The notes below the pieces were generated by a model. That model was not told the origin of the DNA. It did not search any database and saw only the letters and a list, made by a program, of their open reading frames with translations. A stretch of 64,000 bases of DNA from positions 20,834,001 to 20,898,000 of the forward strand of contig OZ076409.1 in NCBI GenBank assembly GCA_964187785.1. Direction: 5' to 3'. The position numbers were made by a program, and so were the translations under genes. This DNA is from Amphiscolops sp. MND2022. Its lineage: Eukaryota. Shown here in pieces: positions 51,401 through 57,400 of this stretch; position 1 is the stretch's first letter, and every line of letters starts with the position of its first letter.

Positions 51401-54400
51401 TACGAGCTGTTTGAACCGAGAAAAAATGATTGGTCCGACACGGACACGCGCCTATCAAACGATGCCGCGAGCGGCGAAGTGGACTATTACGTCAACGAAG
51501 ATGAACGCAGCAGCACGAACGACGATGAACGCAGCAGCGGAAAGAACGAAAATGACGTCACCGAAAATGAAATACGACCGAGATCGGCCAGCAGCCGTAA
51601 CGCGTCGTCCCTTCTGAATGAATCGCCTAGTTGGACGGAAAATGGAAATGACGTCACTAACGAAGTAAATGGCGATGTAAATGTTCCAAAAAGGGGCGCA
51701 GATATCACCGTGCCCGGAACATCGGAAAATGAAAAATCTGAGGAAAACTTGAGCCCTAGAGGAGGGAAATACAAACTTCGACCTAACCCCAACCCCAACT
51801 TTTCTGATGAATATAGATACTAGTCAGATATGTAAATTAAGGGTCCCACAAAGGCCTTTCGATTACCATATCTTTTTACTGGGACTATTCTGACTATATA
51901 TGAAAATATACATGAAAACTGGAACAAAAGACACAACAACATATAATACAATAGATGCCAAAGAATCACAACTATAAGTTTACACAAGGAGCAACTAAAA
52001 ACAAATGTACATTATGTACATTTAGTGCTTACTGGACCCCTGCTGTAATTCCTTAATAGTTTTGTCAATCTCCGAGGAAGGAAGATTGCCGAAATAGGCG
52101 AACTTGGTAGACTTCCCGGGTGAAGAAAAAGGAGTTCCTCCTGCCTCACTTGGCTCCGAAGACTGAGCGAAATGAACTGCCCTAGCCGTCCCAGCTCCCG
52201 AAATTTCAACTTTGAATGCAGCAAGGAGTTCTTTATGGATAGAGGACTGCCCAAAGGAATCTACATGGGACCAAGGGTCCCCAGAGACATTCCCAGACGA
52301 GAATTTGGCCTCAAGAAGATGATAGCGTGTTAGTGCAGCCTCAGTGACACAATCGTTTACTGACCCAGGAACGTAAGCGAGGTAAGCCTGAGCAGGAAAC
52401 AAAACATCTGACAAACGGCAAAGAACGTCGGAAGAATCCGCAGAATGAAATTTGATGGCAGGAAGAGAAGTGCTAATTTCCGTCAAACATACACAACTAA
52501 GACGGAAAAGATGGAATAAATGTGGACGTGTATAAAGTGCGGGCATGCCAGTTAGCAAAGTAACGACGTCTCGAATAAGATCAGGAGAACTGATAAGATC
52601 AGGATAAAGGTTTCGGAAGTCATCAACAAATCCAACGTACTCGTCTCGGCATTCGGGTGCGGAGCTTTCGTCGACCCATCCTCGCAACTGGAAAGTGCTG
52701 AATAGAGACGAGAAGCAGAATAGAACCTGGTCCATAGGCTGCGAAGAAAGGACTGTTGGGTCAAAGGATGCCATTCCCCTCACAATGTGAGCAGTTAAGC
52801 GAATGTCTCCTAAGAGAGACTCTATAATGTTGACGACGGAAGCACGGGCCTGACTGATAAATCCTTCTCTCGCATTCTCGGCAAGTTTATCGACGGCAGC
52901 CAATTGCTCTTTCTTTCCCCCAGTGTCCTTCTTAGCCTTCTTGTAGGAAAGAGAATCTATGTCCGACTTCAACTTCAGGCTCAGAAGAAAGTCCCTACTG
53001 GACAGCTGACGAACGCCTTCCAACTGTAACTGCATCAACCCAGACCAGTCGGTGTCCACTGGGGTGATTTTTGGCAATAAAGATCGCTGGCACAGCTCAC
53101 GAATGTAGCGGCAGATTTCTCGTCTAAATAAACAAAACTCGGTCAATTACAAACTGAGCACCCAATAAATAAGCCTTATGATTGGGACCTTCATGTTGTG
53201 ATGGAGCTGACAAATCTCGAAGAAAGACTCTAACCAACCCCTAATCCTAGAAGTATGTTAAGCAAAAGAATGGTCAGACTAACAATCGCGGACTAAACGT
53301 CCGAAGAGCTCGATCTTTAAGGGGAAGAACATGTCGTTGACGATCATCCAGTCCAGACTCTGCGGCTATAACAGAAGACAATCAACGAAGTGATGTAAGG
53401 AACAACTTGGACTGTGGCTACCTCCTGACCTACTATACGACAACTACGTAGTAACGAACCGAAAAGTACTAACTTTTCCTTTAACTCCTTGCATGACTTG
53501 TGTGGGAGCCTTCATAGTGAGGTAGTCCAGAACTTCTTGCCAAGGATGAGTCAATTCAGTGCATATGCCCGGGATGTTCCTTAGTTCGAAGCTGGATGCC
53601 TCGATCGCCTATTAAAAAGTTACTAGTGTCGACCTGCCGTAGAAGGAGGACAAAACACAGGTAAAGAACTTCCTTACCTTCGTTAGTTCTGGTGCCTCGA
53701 GAGTCCAGGGCTCAGTCAGGATGCCGCTCAAGAATACTATCAGGTATCGGAGCTGAGAAAAGAAGTCTATAGGACCGAAGACGCTTCCTCCTTCCTGGTA
53801 CATTAAGGTCTGTAAGGACATCACGTCAAACCTGAAGGGGTATTGGATCCCATGTGGGAACATTCCACAATTGTCTAGAGTGCGAACCAAAGCGGCCGGA
53901 CATCCAGACACGCTGACGAGGCCTTGTTTAGTGGAAATGGCAGATAGCAGTCGGGAGATCCCTGCAACATAGGTCTGTGGGAACCCAGCGGATAAAGGGC
54001 AGCGGAACAAAGGCATGCGGACAAGGGATTCCTCCTTCCAGAATCGTACACTCATCACCTGACTGCGGCCGATTACTTCAAATTCTAGCGCATACATGTC
54101 ATTAGAGACGATATGGCTAGACAAGTCTTCAATGCTTCAGGTGAAGATGTGTTGGAAAATGACCTAAAGTAAGAAAGACGAGAAGAGTTTACTTATGAAA
54201 CAAAAACATCTTGAAAGAGAAGGGGAATCAAAGTACGTACGGTCAAGGTAGCGGAACTCCAATCGAAAGGGGAAAATTGTTCCTTGTGGTTCATATATTT
54301 CCCCACTCTAGACCATAGTGATTGTAGCAAGAGGATGTTGCCGTCGTGAGGGATGAAACTGCCAATGAGATCTATCTGGGCACTTGCCCGTTGGTCCTCA

Positions 54401-57400
54401 GTGGTTTGCTGGCTTCCTGTATTGGCGATATAGTCATCATAGAAGGTGAACTTCTCTCCTACATTGACAAGAGGGGCATTTTCGAAATAAGGCTTCTCCC
54501 GTTCCAGCTCAAGAGGAGTCAGTACGTGGCCATCTCTCCCTCGGACCTGATGCTGTGTGATCCCAGTTATTTGGTCATTAACGCCAAGGTGTTGAAATCG
54601 CCAACGCTGGTCTTTCCTCAGGTGTGACTCACCCTGGTAATGCGTGATGATTTCTCTTGCCCCTTTTGAATAGATGGACACGTTCGTCTTACAGATTTGG
54701 CAGTAGAATTTGTGTTGATTATGTGCTGGGTCGAGGGGTCCGGTTACGAAAGTTTTCGTCCATTTGATGCCTTTAAAGTGAGCCTCTTTCATGACGTTTC
54801 CTGGCTTGGTGGCAACTCGTCGACGCTTTGCTGGGGGTTTTGAAGTTTGACGTTTACCTGCTGTCTTGGGTTTTAGCCGAGACAGTGGCGCTCAGTCCTC
54901 AATACTGTAACCGCTCCCAGGACTAGCAAGCATCATGGGTCCGGTGTCTTCTTGTGGGCTTGTTTTCTTACGGGGAGTAACCACTTGTGGGGACTGGTCG
55001 AATTCAATCTGTAGATCTAGGCTCCCAGGGTCTTCATCGGAGTTGAATGCCCCGCTTGTGTACCCATCGCTGGATAGGTCAGTTTCATTGCATTCCCCAC
55101 TGGAACTAGAACCAGAATCAGGATGTGGTGTTCCAGCCCGTCTCACATGTCGACAGCGTTCCTTGGTGATGACCTTACCATCGGCGGCCTGCAAGAGTAA
55201 AGATTTCATCAGGTGGAAAGATGAAAGAAGCGACTCGTCAGAAATGGTCCGTAGGATAGTGTGGATTTGGCCTTCGCTAAAGGCGACGACTGGATGGCCA
55301 ATGGGTAACTTGATTGGACGATTCTCTGTAAAACGTTTCCGAAGCGCCGCTCTCCCACTAATTGACAACTGTCGCGGTTGCGTCGGTGTGGACTTGGTGG
55401 GCTCAGGTGAGTCCATGATAGGATCCGCAGAGGCGTTTGGAGCCTGGACAATCTCTTCTTCCTCCTCTTGGGAAGAGGAAGGGACCGTGAAAAAGCCAGA
55501 GCTAACCCCACGTAGCACAGGACCACTAACTCCTGACCCGTCCAGTAAATCCTCGACTTCGCTCGCGTCAGTGGAATACAAATCTTGGACCGTAGGTCTT
55601 GGGGCAGCTTTACGATCATCTTGCTTCTCCTCTTTTTCGCCTGAGGAATCCAATATCTTGCCGTCAGTCTTGGTCTGGATTTCGGTACTCGGGGGACGTC
55701 TTGGCGTGACTTCAATTGTGCAAGACTCAGATTCCTTATGAACAGTGTCATTAGTTGTGGAGTTTTCGACCTGGGACGTAGGGACGAGTGTTGGGTCAGC
55801 GACAGTACTGTCTCGTTGGGCAATAGCTGCCACAGTTCGTTCAGCATATGCTGATAAACTTTCAGAATTGGAACCACTTGAGGCAATCGATGGAGGGCGA
55901 TCAACGGTTACATCCTCTTTTGGATTAGTATCCTTAGACGCTTCACTAGTAGCCTGCAACTCAGGGACTTCTTTACAAGGATTCTCAGGGACTGTATTCT
56001 CAGATGACGCCATGTCTAAATTGATACAACACTGATATTAGCAGTGAACTTCCTGTACGAACCAAAAACCGCATAAAAAGTCTTCCGGAAGCAGACAAAC
56101 TTGAACACTTGTGAACACTTGTGTTATTTGGACAGGAAGTACGTGAATGAAATGAGAGCCCTGATCAAGCCTCAGATTAATTCAAAGTTTTCAAGATTCA
56201 TAGAATACGGAAGTCTACTGACCTGAGTGATTGCAAAGACGAGCCCAAGTTGATTCCAGAACCTGTAGTGCAATAGACGATAGAGGGTAGTGAATTGCGG
56301 AATGTGACTGTTGGGAACGCCCTGGTGACGTGGACAGGATGTCAAAGATAAGCAGAATTCAGTATGTCCTTGGCGGTTAAGGGATCAGCAGACAAAGCGT
56401 CCAGAATATGGTGTAAAGTAAATTCAAATGCGTACGACTGAAGGACTAGATACAAATGGTAACTAATAACTAAACAATACTAGCGAGGAAGTACTTGATG
56501 GAAATTGAATGTAAAAGCAATAGAATGGTGAACCAACAATTTGACAAAATGTCGAGATTGGAGTTCGTAGCTATACAGTTTGGTGTCAAATTTACAATTA
56601 CCTACAAGTTACGCTATTATTTGATAAAGACTGCCAGCTATATCTACATTATTTTACATTATTCCCAAAACTTTGTTATTCTATGCAATTAATCCATTAT
56701 TTTATAATTATTTTCATTATTTCACCATTTTATTTCATTTCATATTATTTTCAAGGTCATATTATTTTATTCCTTATAAGGATTTACGGCCTTGAATCGC
56801 CATTTTACGAATGAAATCTAAATCACGAAATCTGATTGGCTATCATGGGGAGGACGAGACAGCGTGGCCTTCGGGCGTATCTTCACCTACTTAAAACCTT
56901 CAAGTGGGTCATGAGTGTTAATAAACACTCATCTTGATGCTTAAGAAATGAGAGTGGTGTTGAGGGCTACGGGTGTCAACATTGCCGCTGTCGGTAATTT
57001 CAAAGTGATCAGAGCAGCTAGTTGAAAGAATGTTACCCGGAAAATTTTGTTATTGAAAAATACCTCAGAAACGAAAAGGGAAACCCGGGAAAACACAAAC
57101 CGAGAAACAACGAGACACAGCGATCCGACAAGGAGAGGATCGCCTTTATTGCAATTTCAATTAATCAGATCAGTTGCTCTAGAAACTTTGTTTTAATTTG
57201 AAATCCTCACTTCTCCGAAATTGCCAAAAAACTGTTAAAAGACAGGTATATGTCTGATATCTCTGAGACAATTCCAATGGATTTCCAAGGCGCTGCTCAA
57301 TCAGAAGGGGCCCGGGCAATTATATGCATTTCTAGTGATGAGGAGAAAATGATGGACTCAGACTGTGGGTACTCGGTGGACGATTTGTACTTATCGTCGG

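Noticed and set aside
46491..54894. Stop-codon readthrough or an alternative genetic code (TAG 46491, TGA 54894 and others)
   Set aside because: The stops are of mixed types, co-occur with frameshifts in a decaying copy, and the host gene model needs no reassignment.
54935..56035. Plus-strand ORFs 54935-55741 and 55745-56035, and minus-strand 55209-55904
   Set aside because: Shadow or alternate frames of the Ser/Thr/Glu-rich antisense gene, with no independent motifs.
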